From NCBI GenBank assembly GCA_035530555.1, contig DATKUR010000003.1, positions 19,184 to 83,183 on the forward strand: 64,000 bases of DNA, given 5' to 3'. The position numbers were made by a program, and so were the translations under genes. Below the pieces are notes generated by a model. That model ran no database searches, had not been told where the DNA came from, and saw only the letters and a list, made by a program, of their open reading frames with translations. Source of the stretch: Candidatus Humimicrobiaceae bacterium. GTDB taxonomy: Bacteria > Patescibacteriota > Minisyncoccia > Minisyncoccales > DG-74-1. Positions 9,843-20,194 of this stretch are shown here, piece by piece (positions within the stretch are counted from its first letter, which is position 1; the number at the start of each line of letters is the position of its first letter).

Positions 9843-11111
9843 ATGTTCGAAAAAACTACCCTTAGAAACGGCTTGAGAATTATTACTGTTCCTCAAGAAA
9901 CTGCCCAGGCAGTAACCGTTTTGGTTTTGGTCGGCACCGGTTCAAAATATGAAAGAAAAAAAATAAACGGCATTTCCCATTTCTTAGAGCATATGTATTT
10001 TAAGGGGACCGATAGACGTCCAAAGCCCGTAGACGTTGTGGAGCCTTTAGATAAAATAGGTGGAATTTACAACGCCTTTACTTCTCAAGAATTCACTGGC
10101 TATTTTGCAAAAGTGGAAGCGTCTCATTTTGAATTAGCTTTGGATTGGGTTTCAGATATTTTTTTAAATTCTACTCTTCCTGAAAAAGAAATTGAAAAAG
10201 AGAAAAAAGTTATAGTGGAAGAGATTAATATGATTTATGACCATCCAATGGCTTACATCGGGTTTTTGTGGACGAAATTACTATATGGTGACCAGCCGGC
10301 AGGTTGGAATGTAGCCGGAACAAAAGAAAGTATCTCTTTGCTCTCCCGTCAAAAATTAGCAGATTATAGAAAAAAACAATATGTAGCCTCAAACACAATT
10401 TTATGTTTATCTGGTAGCATTAATCAGGGGAAAGCAATAGGTTTAGCTAAAAAATATTTTTCAAAAATAAAAAAGGGAAAACCAGAGAAAAAATTAAAAG
10501 TAATGGAGATTCAAAAAAAACCACGATGTCTTGTGGAAGAAAGAAAAATAGACCAAACCCATCTTTATCTTGGGGTAAGAGGGTTTAATGTTTCACATCC
10601 GCAAAGGCATACTCAAGAAATATTGGGTACTATTTTAGGTGGATCTGGGATGATGAGTTCAAGGCTATTTGTAGAAGTGAGAGAAAAATTAGGCCTGGCC
10701 TACTATATTAGTACCGATATTGAAGAAGACAGCGATACGGGTTTTTTGGTCACGCGAGCTGGTGTTGATAATCAGAGGACGGAAAAAGCAATTGAAATTA
10801 TTTTAAGAGAGTATAAAAAAATATCTGCGATAAAGGTTCCTGAAAAAGAATTAAAAAAAGCAAAGGATAATGTAAAAGGGAAATTAGCCTTGTCATTAGA
10901 AACTTCCGATGCTTTAGCTTCCTTTTATGTTGGACAAGAACTTCTGGAAAAGGAAATTTTAACTCCCGAAGAAATTTATAAAAAAATTGATAAAATTACC
11001 CAAAATGATATTCTAAAAACAGCTAAAGACATTTTTAGACCGGAAAAACTGAATTTAGCCCTGATTGGACCATTTAAGGATAAGACAAAATTTCAACGAT
11101 TATTAAATTAG
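9843..11111 (+). CDS. M16 family zinc peptidase
   Basis: HFLEH (HxxEH), NAFTS and SSRLFVEVREKLGLAY. Confidence 0.93.
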   Translation: MFEKTTLRNGLRIITVPQETAQAVTVLVLVGTGSKYERKKINGISHFLEHMYFKGTDRRPKPVDVVEPLDKIGGIYNAFTSQEFTGYFAKVEASHFELALDWVSDIFLNSTLPEKEIEKEKKVIVEEINMIYDHPMAYIGFLWTKLLYGDQPAGWNVAGTKESISLLSRQKLADYRKKQYVASNTILCLSGSINQGKAIGLAKKYFSKIKKGKPEKKLKVMEIQKKPRCLVEERKIDQTHLYLGVRGFNVSHPQRHTQEILGTILGGSGMMSSRLFVEVREKLGLAYYISTDIEEDSDTGFLVTRAGVDNQRTEKAIEIILREYKKISAIKVPEKELKKAKDNVKGKLALSLETSDALASFYVGQELLEKEILTPEEIYKKIDKITQNDILKTAKDIFRPEKLNLALIGPFKDKTKFQRLLN

Positions 11112-11158
11112 AACATTTGTTAAAAATTGTAAATTGATAATTGAGAATTAAATCTTTC

Positions 11159-12232
11159 ATGAATAATGAAAAAATTCTAGATATCTCTTGGGGAACGCTT
11201 CTGAAAATTGGAGTTGCTTCTCTCGGTTTTTATATGGTTTATTTGGTTAAAGATATTTTAATTTGGCTTATTTTCGCTTTGATTATTTCAGTTTTATTGA
11301 CACCGGCGATTGATTTTTTACAAAAAAGAAGGGTCCCTCGGACAGCGGCTACTATTTTTGTTTTTATTTTTGTTTTCGGGGCTTTAGGAATTTTAATTTA
11401 CTTGATTGCCCCGGTTTTTATTACTCAAATTCAGGGCTTTGCCGAGCATATCCCACAATATTTTGAAAAATTCTCCCCTCTTTTAAAGGAGCTAGGGCTT
11501 GAAGCTTCTGATAGTTTTGATGTTTTTACGCAGAGTTTCCGAGCGGGATTAGTCCAAGCTTCGGAAAGCATTATTTCTGCCATAGTTTCTATTTTTGGCG
11601 GAATTTTCACTACAATTACTATTTTTATTCTGGCAATTTTTATCTCTTTAGAAGAAAAAGGGATGGAAAGGGCGATTAGAACCCTCTTTCCTAAAAAGCA
11701 AGAAGAAGAAGTCTTGAATATTTGGAAGTCTTGTCAGTTAAAAGTTTCGGGCTGGTTTGGAGCGCGGATTTTAGCTTGTCTTTTTGTTGGCATTATGTCT
11801 TACCTCGCTCTTTGGCTCTGCGACATAAATTATCCCTTTATTCTTGCTTTATTCGCTGGTGTCGCCGATATTATCCCGATTATCGGACCAATAATAGCTG
11901 GAATAGTTATTGCTTTAATTGCCGCCTTCGATTCGCCTTGGATAGCCGTCGTGGTTTTACTTGTTTTTATTATCATTCAACAGATAGAGGGTAATATTTT
12001 AACGCCACTTTTGACTAAAAGATTTATCGGCTTGTCCCCGGCTTTAGTCTTGATTGCCTTGATGATTGGCGGGAAGTTCTGGGGAATTTTAGGGGCAATT
12101 TTAGCCATTCCTTTAGCTGGTATTATCTTTGAATTTACTCGAGACTATTTAAAAAAAAGAAAAGAGGGCGAAATTTCGTCCTCTAGCCAGCCGGCCCCAT
12201 CGGGTAGTCGTAAAAAAAGTATAATTTGGTAA
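11159..12232 (+). CDS. AI-2E (PerM/UPF0118) family transporter
   Basis: Multi-TM protein with IPIIGP, QQIEGNILTP and GILGAILAIP. Confidence 0.9.
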   Translation: MNNEKILDISWGTLLKIGVASLGFYMVYLVKDILIWLIFALIISVLLTPAIDFLQKRRVPRTAATIFVFIFVFGALGILIYLIAPVFITQIQGFAEHIPQYFEKFSPLLKELGLEASDSFDVFTQSFRAGLVQASESIISAIVSIFGGIFTTITIFILAIFISLEEKGMERAIRTLFPKKQEEEVLNIWKSCQLKVSGWFGARILACLFVGIMSYLALWLCDINYPFILALFAGVADIIPIIGPIIAGIVIALIAAFDSPWIAVVVLLVFIIIQQIEGNILTPLLTKRFIGLSPALVLIALMIGGKFWGILGAILAIPLAGIIFEFTRDYLKKRKEGEISSSSQPAPSGSRKKSIIW

Positions 12233-12238
12233 GTCAAG

Positions 12239-12925
12239 ATGGGTATTCTTTATATTGTTGCCACTCCTATTGGAAATTTAGAGGATATTTCACAGCGAGC
12301 CCTCCGCGCCTTAACGGAGGTTGATTTAATTTTGTGCGAAGATACGAGAATAACTAAGAAATTATTAGATCATTACCGGATAAAGACTTCAACCTTAAGT
12401 TATCACCAACACTCAAAAATCCAGAAGATTGAACAGGTTATTGACTTTTTGAAAGAAGGTAAAAACTTGGCCTTAGTTTCTGACGCCGGAACTCCAGGAA
12501 TTTCTGATCCAGGGAATTTATTAATTAAAGAAGCGACTAAGAAATTGGGCACTGAAGTTAGAATTGTACCGATTCCCGGTTCCTCCGCTATTACTTCGGC
12601 GGCTAGCATTTCCGGTTTTCCCATGGATAGGTTTCTATTTTTAGGATTCCCGCCAACCAAGAAAAAGCGAAAGAAATTTTTTGAGGAAATAATAAGCTCA
12701 AAATATCCAGTAATTTTTTATGAGTCGCCCCATCGCATCATAAAAACATTAAAAGAATTAGAGTTAGAGGCTAGGACCTGTAACCCAGAACCTAAAATAT
12801 TGGTTTGTCGGGAACTAACCAAAAAATTTGAAACGATTTACCGCGGAACGATCGAAGAAGTGATAAAACAGATAGAAAAGGATATAATAAAAGGAGAATT
12901 TGTTGTAATTTTTGGAAGATGTTGA
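12239..12925 (+). CDS. rsmI: 16S rRNA C1402 2'-O-methyltransferase
   Basis: LYIVATPIGNLEDIS, CEDTR, SDAGTPGISDPG, YESPHR and RELTKKFE. Confidence 0.96.
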   Translation: MGILYIVATPIGNLEDISQRALRALTEVDLILCEDTRITKKLLDHYRIKTSTLSYHQHSKIQKIEQVIDFLKEGKNLALVSDAGTPGISDPGNLLIKEATKKLGTEVRIVPIPGSSAITSAASISGFPMDRFLFLGFPPTKKKRKKFFEEIISSKYPVIFYESPHRIIKTLKELELEARTCNPEPKILVCRELTKKFETIYRGTIEEVIKQIEKDIIKGEFVVIFGRC

Positions 12926-14328
12926 AAAAAAAGTTTTATATTACAACCAGTATAGCCTATGCTAATATGTCGCCCCATCTCGGGTTTGCTTTAGAATTAG
13001 TTCAGGCAGATGTTTTGGCCCGATATCATCGGATATCGGGTGGAGGCGTCTTTTTTTTAACCGGAACCGATGAACACGGAAGAAAAGTGGCCGAAGCGGC
13101 AGAAAAAATTGGTAAATCGCCGGCAAAATTCAGTAGCGAGATTGCCAGTCAATTTAAGGCACTAACAAAAATTTTAAATCTCTCTAACAATGATTTTATT
13201 CGGACGACTGACAAAAAACGCCACTGGCCCGTTGTCAAAAAAATCTGGCTGGGACTAAAGAAAAAAGGCGATATCTATAAGAAGAAATACAAAGGATTAT
13301 ATTGTGTGGGCTGCGAAGCGTTTATTACAAAAAAAGATTTAAAAGAAAGGAGGTGCGTCATTCATCAGAAAGAACCGGAAGAAGTCGAAGAAGAAAATTA
13401 TTTCTTCCGACTTTCCAAATATTCAGAAAAAATAAAAAAAATTATCAAAAATAGCGAAATCAAAATAATTCCTGAGTCTCGAAAAAATGAAATGTTAAGT
13501 TTTGCTAAACAGGGATTGGAAGATATTAGCTTTTCTCGGCCGAGAAAAGACTTAAAATGGGGAATTCCTGTTCCTGACGACGATGACCACACTGTTTATT
13601 GTTGGGCGGATGCCTTAACGAATTATCTTTCCGGAGCTCCGGGATGTTGGCCGGCGAATGTACAATGCATTGGTAAGGATATCCAAAAATTCCATTGCCT
13701 CATTTGGCCCGGCATGCTCCTTTCTTTAGGTTTAGCGTTGCCTAAGGTTATTTTTGTCCACGGATTTATTACGGTTGCCGGTCAGAAAATGTCAAAGAGC
13801 TTGGGGAATGTTGTTGACCCCTTTAAGTTAGTGGATAAATACGGTACCGATTCCGTAAGATATTTTCTTTTGAGGGAAATTCCGTCGACAGAAGACGGAG
13901 ACTTTACGCTGCAGAAATTTGAAGGGCGCTATAACTCAGATCTTGCTTCCGGGCTTGGTAATTTGGTAGCCAGGGTTATCACCCTGGAGGCCAAATTCAA
14001 AGCTCAAAATGCAGAAGCTAAGATTACAAGTCAAAATTTAAAATCAGCTATAAAAAACACTCAAAAGCAATATAAAAAAGTTTTTAGAGAATTCAGGTTT
14101 AACGAAGCGTTGGTTGCGACTTGGGGTCTGGTTAGTTTTTGTGACAGATATATTGAAAAAGAGCATCCCTGGAAAGAAGGCAAGAAGCAAAAAATGGTTA
14201 TTAGCGATTTGTTACTGGCAATCTTAGAAATAGCAAAATTATTAGAGCCATTCTTACCCGAAACTTCAGAAAAAATAATAAAACAATTAAAAACTAAAAA
14301 AAGCCATCCTTTATTCCCAAGGGTTTAA
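12919..14328 (+). CDS. metG: Methionine--tRNA ligase (short form)
   Basis: FYITTSIAYAN..PHLG, TGTDEHG, GKDI..FH and KMSKSLGN. Confidence 0.95.
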   Translation: MLKKKFYITTSIAYANMSPHLGFALELVQADVLARYHRISGGGVFFLTGTDEHGRKVAEAAEKIGKSPAKFSSEIASQFKALTKILNLSNNDFIRTTDKKRHWPVVKKIWLGLKKKGDIYKKKYKGLYCVGCEAFITKKDLKERRCVIHQKEPEEVEEENYFFRLSKYSEKIKKIIKNSEIKIIPESRKNEMLSFAKQGLEDISFSRPRKDLKWGIPVPDDDDHTVYCWADALTNYLSGAPGCWPANVQCIGKDIQKFHCLIWPGMLLSLGLALPKVIFVHGFITVAGQKMSKSLGNVVDPFKLVDKYGTDSVRYFLLREIPSTEDGDFTLQKFEGRYNSDLASGLGNLVARVITLEAKFKAQNAEAKITSQNLKSAIKNTQKQYKKVFREFRFNEALVATWGLVSFCDRYIEKEHPWKEGKKQKMVISDLLLAILEIAKLLEPFLPETSEKIIKQLKTKKSHPLFPRV

Positions 14329-14385
14329 CTTATGCTGATGGACTAAAATTCATTTCTCAATTCAATAAATTTTCAATTTATTTTA

Positions 14386-15144
14386 ATGATTGACACTCAT
14401 GCTCATGTAAATTTTGAAGCGTATAAAGATGATGCCGACGAAGTGATTCGTCGGTCTTTAGATAGTGACACATGGATTATTAATGTTGGTTCTCAATACT
14501 CGACCAGTAAAAGAGCGATTGAGCTCGCTGAAAAATACGGAAAAGGGGTTTATGCCGCTATCGGACTCCATTCCATTTATGCTCGAGACGGATTCGATTA
14601 TAAAAAATATGAGCGACTAACTCAATCACCCAAGGTTGTAGCCATCGGAGAAATCGGACTGGATCATAAAGAGGAATACGCCTCTTTTAAGAAAGAACAA
14701 AAAGAAATTTTTTTAAAGCAATTAGAGTTAGCAAAGGAGCTACATTTGCCAATAATTTTCCATTGCCGTATGGCACATAAAGACTTAATAGAAACCCTTA
14801 ATAAATGGAAGGCAGCGGGCAGCGAACAATTGAAAGGAGTGGTACACTGTTTTACTGGTACTTGGAACCAGGCAGAAAAATATTTAGCAATGGGTCTTTA
14901 TTTAGGATTCAACGGGATAATTTTTAAAATGAATTTAGATGATATAATAGAGAAAACGCCTTTAGATAAAATTCTAATTGAAACTGATTGTCCTTATTTA
15001 ACACCTCCATCAGCTGGAGTTAAGAGAAATGAACCTATATACGTAAGATATATAGCTGAAAAAATTGCCCAGATTAAGAGTATAGGCTATGAAGAAATAT
15101 CTAAAATAACTACCGAAAATGCCAAAAAATTATTTAAAATCTAA
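14386..15144 (+). CDS. tatD: TatD family nuclease/hydrolase
   Basis: DTHAH, AIGEIGLD, HCR, HCFTG and ETDCPYL. Confidence 0.93.
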   Translation: MIDTHAHVNFEAYKDDADEVIRRSLDSDTWIINVGSQYSTSKRAIELAEKYGKGVYAAIGLHSIYARDGFDYKKYERLTQSPKVVAIGEIGLDHKEEYASFKKEQKEIFLKQLELAKELHLPIIFHCRMAHKDLIETLNKWKAAGSEQLKGVVHCFTGTWNQAEKYLAMGLYLGFNGIIFKMNLDDIIEKTPLDKILIETDCPYLTPPSAGVKRNEPIYVRYIAEKIAQIKSIGYEEISKITTENAKKLFKI

Positions 15145-15919
15145 TCCCAAAATTGCCATTATTGGAGGGAGCGGGATTTATGACCCGAAGATTTTCAAAA
15201 AGGAGAAAGAAATAAAAATTAAAACTCCCTTTGGGTACCCTTCGACTCCTATTGAAATTGGAGATTTTGTGGGTAAAAGAATTGCCTTTTTGGCAAGACA
15301 TGGGAAATCTCATCAATTCCCTCCTCATAAAGTTCCTCAAAAAGCTAATATCTGGGCTTTAAGAAAAATACAGATAGAGAGGATAATTGGAATTTGTGCC
15401 GTCGGTTCTTTGAGGAAGAGTTTTAAACCAGGAGATATTGTTATTTGCGATCAATTTATTGATTTTACTAAAAAGAGAGAATATACATTCTACGATAAGG
15501 AAGCAGTTCATGTTTCCCTAGCTGACCCATTTTGTTCTGAATTGAGAAATTTATTTTGTAAAGAAGCGAAAAAACTAAAAATTCCAGTGCATCAAAAGGG
15601 AACTTATATTTGTATTGAGGGGCCAAGGTTTTCAACTAGAGCTGAATCGAAATTTTTCAGAAATTCCGCCGATGTTATTGGAATGACTCTAATTCCTGAA
15701 GCAATTTTGGCCAGAGAGCAGGAAATTTGCTATTTGTCTTTAGCGATGATTAGCGATTTTGATGTTTGGGCTGAGCGTCCCGTAGAATTTCAAGAGATAT
15801 TAAGAACAATGAGGGGAAATATAGAAAAAATTAAAAAACTTTTGCAGACCGCTATTCCTAAAATTAAGAAAGAAAGAAATTGTCTTTGTAAGGCTGCTTT
15901 AAAAAATGCTCAAGTTTGA
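15119..15919 (+). CDS. mtnP: S-methyl-5'-thioadenosine/purine nucleoside phosphorylase
   Basis: IIGGSG, FLARHG..H, EGPRFSTRAES, VIGMT..PE and SDFDVW. Confidence 0.9.
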   Translation: MPKNYLKSNPKIAIIGGSGIYDPKIFKKEKEIKIKTPFGYPSTPIEIGDFVGKRIAFLARHGKSHQFPPHKVPQKANIWALRKIQIERIIGICAVGSLRKSFKPGDIVICDQFIDFTKKREYTFYDKEAVHVSLADPFCSELRNLFCKEAKKLKIPVHQKGTYICIEGPRFSTRAESKFFRNSADVIGMTLIPEAILAREQEICYLSLAMISDFDVWAERPVEFQEILRTMRGNIEKIKKLLQTAIPKIKKERNCLCKAALKNAQV

Positions 15920-15946
15920 CATGTCTTAAGAATAAATTAAAACAAT

Positions 15947-18343
15947 ATGAGTTATAATCCACAGGAATTTGAGAAAAAGTGGCAGGATTATTGGGAAAAG
16001 AATAATCTCTTTCGGGCAGAGGATTTTTCTAAAAAACCTAAAAAATATATTTTAGTTGAATTTCCCTATCCTTCGGGTGACGGTCTCCATGTCGGCCACG
16101 CCCGGGGCTACTCAGCCTTAGATGCGATAGCTCGTAAAAGGAGAATGGAAGGATATAACGTTTTGTTTCCTATCGGCTGGGATGCTTTTGGCTTGCCAAC
16201 AGAGAACTACGCTATCAAAACCGGCATTCATCCTAAAAAAGTAACCGAAGAAAATACCACTAACTTTAAAAGACAGTTAAAATCCTTAGGTCTTTCTTTT
16301 GATTGGTCGAAAGAGATTAATACTACCAATTCTAAATACTACAAATGGACCCAATGGATTTTTCTTAAACTTTTTGAAAAGGGTTTAGCTTATCAGGCCG
16401 AAATACCGGTTAATTGGTGTCCTTCCTGCAAAATTGGATTAGCCAATGAAGAAGTAGTAGGGGGTGCTTGTGAGCGTTGCGGAACTACCGCAGAGAAAAA
16501 AGTTCTGAAACAATGGATGTTGAAAATTACAGCTTATGCTGACAGACTGGTAGAAGACTTAGAAAAAGTTGATTATTTAGATAAAATTAAGACCCAGCAG
16601 ATTAATTGGATAGGTAAAAGCCGTGGTACAGAAATTGATTTTAGGATTGAAGATTCAAAAGAGGTAATTCAGGTTTTTACTACCAGAACTGATACTCTTT
16701 TTGGCGTAACGGCAGTGGTTATCTCTCCAGAAAGCCCTTTAGTTGGAAGACTAATCAGGTTAGAACAAAAAGAAGAAGCCGAAAGATACATTACTGAAGC
16801 TAAAAAGAAGAGTGATTTTGAAAGAGAAAAATTAGAAAAGGAGAAAGCTGGAGTTTTTACGGGGTCTTATTGTGTTAATCCTGGAAATTCTGAAAAAATT
16901 CCAATCTGGATAGGAGATTATGTAATATTTACTTATGGTGGGGGGGCCGTGATGGTAGTTCCGGCCCACGATTACCGGGATTACGATTTTGCTAAGAAAT
17001 ATGATTTAGAAATCAGAGAAGTTATTTCTGGTAGTGATATTTCTAAAGAGGCTTTTGTAGATTATGGGAAGTTGGTCAATTCCGGCCAGTTCAATGGATT
17101 ATCTTCCCAAGAAGCAATTGGAAAAATTACAGATTGGCTACAAAAAAAAGGTCTTGGCAGGAAAAAAGTCCAGTATAAACTGCGAGACTGGGTTTTCTCC
17201 CGTCAGCATTATTGGGGCGAGCCAATTCCGATTATTCATTGTCAGAGATGCGGCACTGTCCCCGTACCAGAGAAAGATTTGCCGGTCGAGCTGCCCTATG
17301 TTGAAAAATATCAGCCAACCGGGACTGGTGAATCTCCCTTAGCCGCTGTTTCTGAGTGGGTTGATACTAAATGTCCCAAATGTGGAGGCAAGGCTGAAAG
17401 AGAAACGGATACTATGCCCAATTGGGCGGGTTCAAATTGGTATTTTCTTCGTTATACCGACCCCGATAATAATAAAGAGTTAGCCGATAAAAAGAAAATA
17501 AAATACTGGTTACCGGTTGATTGGTACAACGGCGGTATGGAGCACACCACCTTACATTTATTGTATTCTCGCTTTATCTATAAATTTCTTTACGATATTA
17601 AAATAGTCCCGCAGCCCGAACCATATCAAAAAAGAACCTCTCATGGTATGGTTCTAGCCGAAGACGGCAGAAAAATGTCAAAATCTTTCGGTAATACCAT
17701 TAATCCCGATGAAATCGTCAATAAATATGGTGCTGATACCTTAAGGGTTTATGAAATGTTTATGGGACCTTTCGATCAGGCGATTACCTGGAGTACCCAG
17801 GGAGTAAAAGGGGTTTATAGATTCTTGGAGAAGGTTTGGCGGCTGGTTTCTCAGTGCGCCGAAAACAAGAAAAGTAGTCCAGAAATTTTAAGAGCCATAC
17901 ACAAACTAAATAAAAAAATAGATGAAGATTTAGAAGCAACAAAATTTAATACGGCCGTAGCCGCTTTTATGGAATTTATTAATTTATGCCAGGAAAGAAA
18001 GGAAGAAGTTGGGAAAGAAACACTTGAATGCATGTTGACCTTGCTCTATCCTTTAGCGCCTCATATTTCAGAAGAACTTTGGAGCTTATTGGGTCAGAAA
18101 GAAAGCATCGCTTTTCAAAAATGGCCCGAATATGACTCTAAATTAATTAAGGAGGAAACGATAACCTTGGTTATTCAGATTAATGGTAAGGTTAGAGATA
18201 AAATTGAAGTCGAGGCTAATATTTCTGAAGAAAAAGCGCGTACCCTTGCAATCTCTCAAGAAAAGATTAAAAATAGGATATCTGGCAAAAAAATCAGAAA
18301 AATTATTTTTGTTCCCGGTAAGTTAATCAACGTCGTCATATAA
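15947..18343 (+). CDS. leuS: Leucine--tRNA ligase
   Basis: FPYPSGDGLHVGH, GWDAFGLP, FTTRTDTLFG and KMSKS. Confidence 0.97.
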   Translation: MSYNPQEFEKKWQDYWEKNNLFRAEDFSKKPKKYILVEFPYPSGDGLHVGHARGYSALDAIARKRRMEGYNVLFPIGWDAFGLPTENYAIKTGIHPKKVTEENTTNFKRQLKSLGLSFDWSKEINTTNSKYYKWTQWIFLKLFEKGLAYQAEIPVNWCPSCKIGLANEEVVGGACERCGTTAEKKVLKQWMLKITAYADRLVEDLEKVDYLDKIKTQQINWIGKSRGTEIDFRIEDSKEVIQVFTTRTDTLFGVTAVVISPESPLVGRLIRLEQKEEAERYITEAKKKSDFEREKLEKEKAGVFTGSYCVNPGNSEKIPIWIGDYVIFTYGGGAVMVVPAHDYRDYDFAKKYDLEIREVISGSDISKEAFVDYGKLVNSGQFNGLSSQEAIGKITDWLQKKGLGRKKVQYKLRDWVFSRQHYWGEPIPIIHCQRCGTVPVPEKDLPVELPYVEKYQPTGTGESPLAAVSEWVDTKCPKCGGKAERETDTMPNWAGSNWYFLRYTDPDNNKELADKKKIKYWLPVDWYNGGMEHTTLHLLYSRFIYKFLYDIKIVPQPEPYQKRTSHGMVLAEDGRKMSKSFGNTINPDEIVNKYGADTLRVYEMFMGPFDQAITWSTQGVKGVYRFLEKVWRLVSQCAENKKSSPEILRAIHKLNKKIDEDLEATKFNTAVAAFMEFINLCQERKEEVGKETLECMLTLLYPLAPHISEELWSLLGQKESIAFQKWPEYDSKLIKEETITLVIQINGKVRDKIEVEANISEEKARTLAISQEKIKNRISGKKIRKIIFVPGKLINVVI

Positions 18344-18350
18344 ATAAAAT

Positions 18351-20180
18351 ATGTGTGGTATAGTCGGTTATATCTCAAAAAAAGAAAATCCGAATACCCT
18401 TAAGTTGGGATTAGAAGCCCTAAAAAGACTGGAATATCGCGGTTATGACTCCGCCGGTTTTGCCTTTTGGGACGGAAAGAAAAAAGAGATTATTTGTCAG
18501 AGAGCAGTAGGGAAAATTATTAATCTGGAAAAAAAGGTAAATAATAATTATACTTCCGTTTTTGCGAACCCCATTATTTTACATACTCGCTGGGCGACTC
18601 ATGGAGGAGTAACCGAAAATAATGCCCATCCTCATTTTGATTGTCAAAAGAATATCTATTTAGTTCATAATGGTATTATTGAAAACTATGTTGAGTTGAA
18701 AAAAGAATTGCTTAAGGAGGGGCATCAATTTTCTTCAGACACTGATACCGAAGTAGTGGTTCATCTCATTGAGAAATTTTTTCAGGGAAATTTAGAAGAA
18801 GCTGTCAGAAAAGCTCTCAGTCGCCTTAAAGGAACTTATGGTTTGATTGTCATGTCTAAAAAAGACCCAAATAAAATTATTGCTGCTAAATTGGGCAGCC
18901 CTCTACTTTTAGGCTTGGGAGAAAATGAATTTTTGGTTGCCTCTGATCCAGCTGCTGTTATTGCGCATACTAAAAAAGTCATTTATCTTGACGATGGAGA
19001 AATAGCCACTGTTACGCCGGATAATTTTTTTATTCTCAAAGAAAAACAACCAGAGGAAATAGAATGGGAGTTAGAAGAAGCTCAGAGGGGCGAATATCCA
19101 CACTTTATGTTAAAAGAAATTATGGAAGAACCGGAAGCGATTGAAAATGCCATCAGGGGTAGATTATTAGAAGAAGATGGGGCGGTAAAACTGGGAAGTT
19201 TGGACAGCCTGTCAGAGAGATTAAGAAGAATGAACCGTTTAGTTTTGGTTGCTTGCGGTACGGCAGGTTATGCTACGCAGGTTGGCAGATATATGTTTGA
19301 AGAATATGCCGGCATTCCGGCTGAAGTAGATTTGGGTTCGGAATTTCGTTGCCGAAAATCAATTTTGAGTAAAGATACGGCGGTTATTTTTGTTTCCCAA
19401 TCTGGAGAAACAGCCGATACCTTAGCTTCTTTAAAAGAAGCTAAAAAGAAGGGAAATTTAACAATCGGAATTACTAACGTTGTAGGTTCAACTCAAGCCA
19501 GAGAGACAGATGCCGGTTTTTACACCTATTCAGGCCCCGAAATTGCTGTTGCTTCTACTAAAGCATTTATTGGACAATTAACTTCTTTGGCATTATTAAC
19601 AGTATATTTGGGCAGACAAAGAGAGATGTCTTTGGTAACTGGGAAAAGGATCGTTTCTGAACTTAAGAAATTACCAGACTTGGCCCGAGAGGTTTTGAAA
19701 CAATCCCCCCGAATAAAGGAAATAGCTGAAAAATATAAAGATTTTAAAAATTTTTGGTTTATCGGTAGAAAATATAACTATCCTATTGCTTTAGAAGGGG
19801 CGTTAAAATTAAAAGAAATTTCTTATTTGCATGCTGAAGGAGTTAGAGGGGGCGAACTAAAACACGGTCCGATTGCTTTGATAGATGAGAATTTCCCAAC
19901 CGTGGCAGTTTGTCTTTCAGATTCGGTTTATGAAAAGATGTTTTCTAATATTCAAGAAATTAAAGCCAGGAAGGGTCCAGTTATTGCCATAGCTACTCAG
20001 GGGAATGAGGAAATAAAAAAGATAACCGATGACGTCGTCTATATTCCGAAAACCTTAGAAATGCTCACTCCTATTTTGGCTATTATTCCTTTGCACCTTT
20101 TCGCTTATTATATAGCCACATTGCTCGGTTGTGACATAGACAAGCCAAGAAATCTTGCCAAGTCAGTAACGGTAGAGTAA
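18351..20180 (+). CDS. glmS: Glutamine--fructose-6-phosphate aminotransferase
   Basis: MCGIVG, LEYRGYDSAG, HTRWATHG, SQSGETADT and PRNLAKSVTVE. Confidence 0.97.
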   Translation: MCGIVGYISKKENPNTLKLGLEALKRLEYRGYDSAGFAFWDGKKKEIICQRAVGKIINLEKKVNNNYTSVFANPIILHTRWATHGGVTENNAHPHFDCQKNIYLVHNGIIENYVELKKELLKEGHQFSSDTDTEVVVHLIEKFFQGNLEEAVRKALSRLKGTYGLIVMSKKDPNKIIAAKLGSPLLLGLGENEFLVASDPAAVIAHTKKVIYLDDGEIATVTPDNFFILKEKQPEEIEWELEEAQRGEYPHFMLKEIMEEPEAIENAIRGRLLEEDGAVKLGSLDSLSERLRRMNRLVLVACGTAGYATQVGRYMFEEYAGIPAEVDLGSEFRCRKSILSKDTAVIFVSQSGETADTLASLKEAKKKGNLTIGITNVVGSTQARETDAGFYTYSGPEIAVASTKAFIGQLTSLALLTVYLGRQREMSLVTGKRIVSELKKLPDLAREVLKQSPRIKEIAEKYKDFKNFWFIGRKYNYPIALEGALKLKEISYLHAEGVRGGELKHGPIALIDENFPTVAVCLSDSVYEKMFSNIQEIKARKGPVIAIATQGNEEIKKITDDVVYIPKTLEMLTPILAIIPLHLFAYYIATLLGCDIDKPRNLAKSVTVE

Positions 20181-20194
20181 AATATAAATATTGT

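Noticed and set aside
18344-18350. glmS ribozyme
   Set aside because: Only 7 nt separate leuS and glmS.
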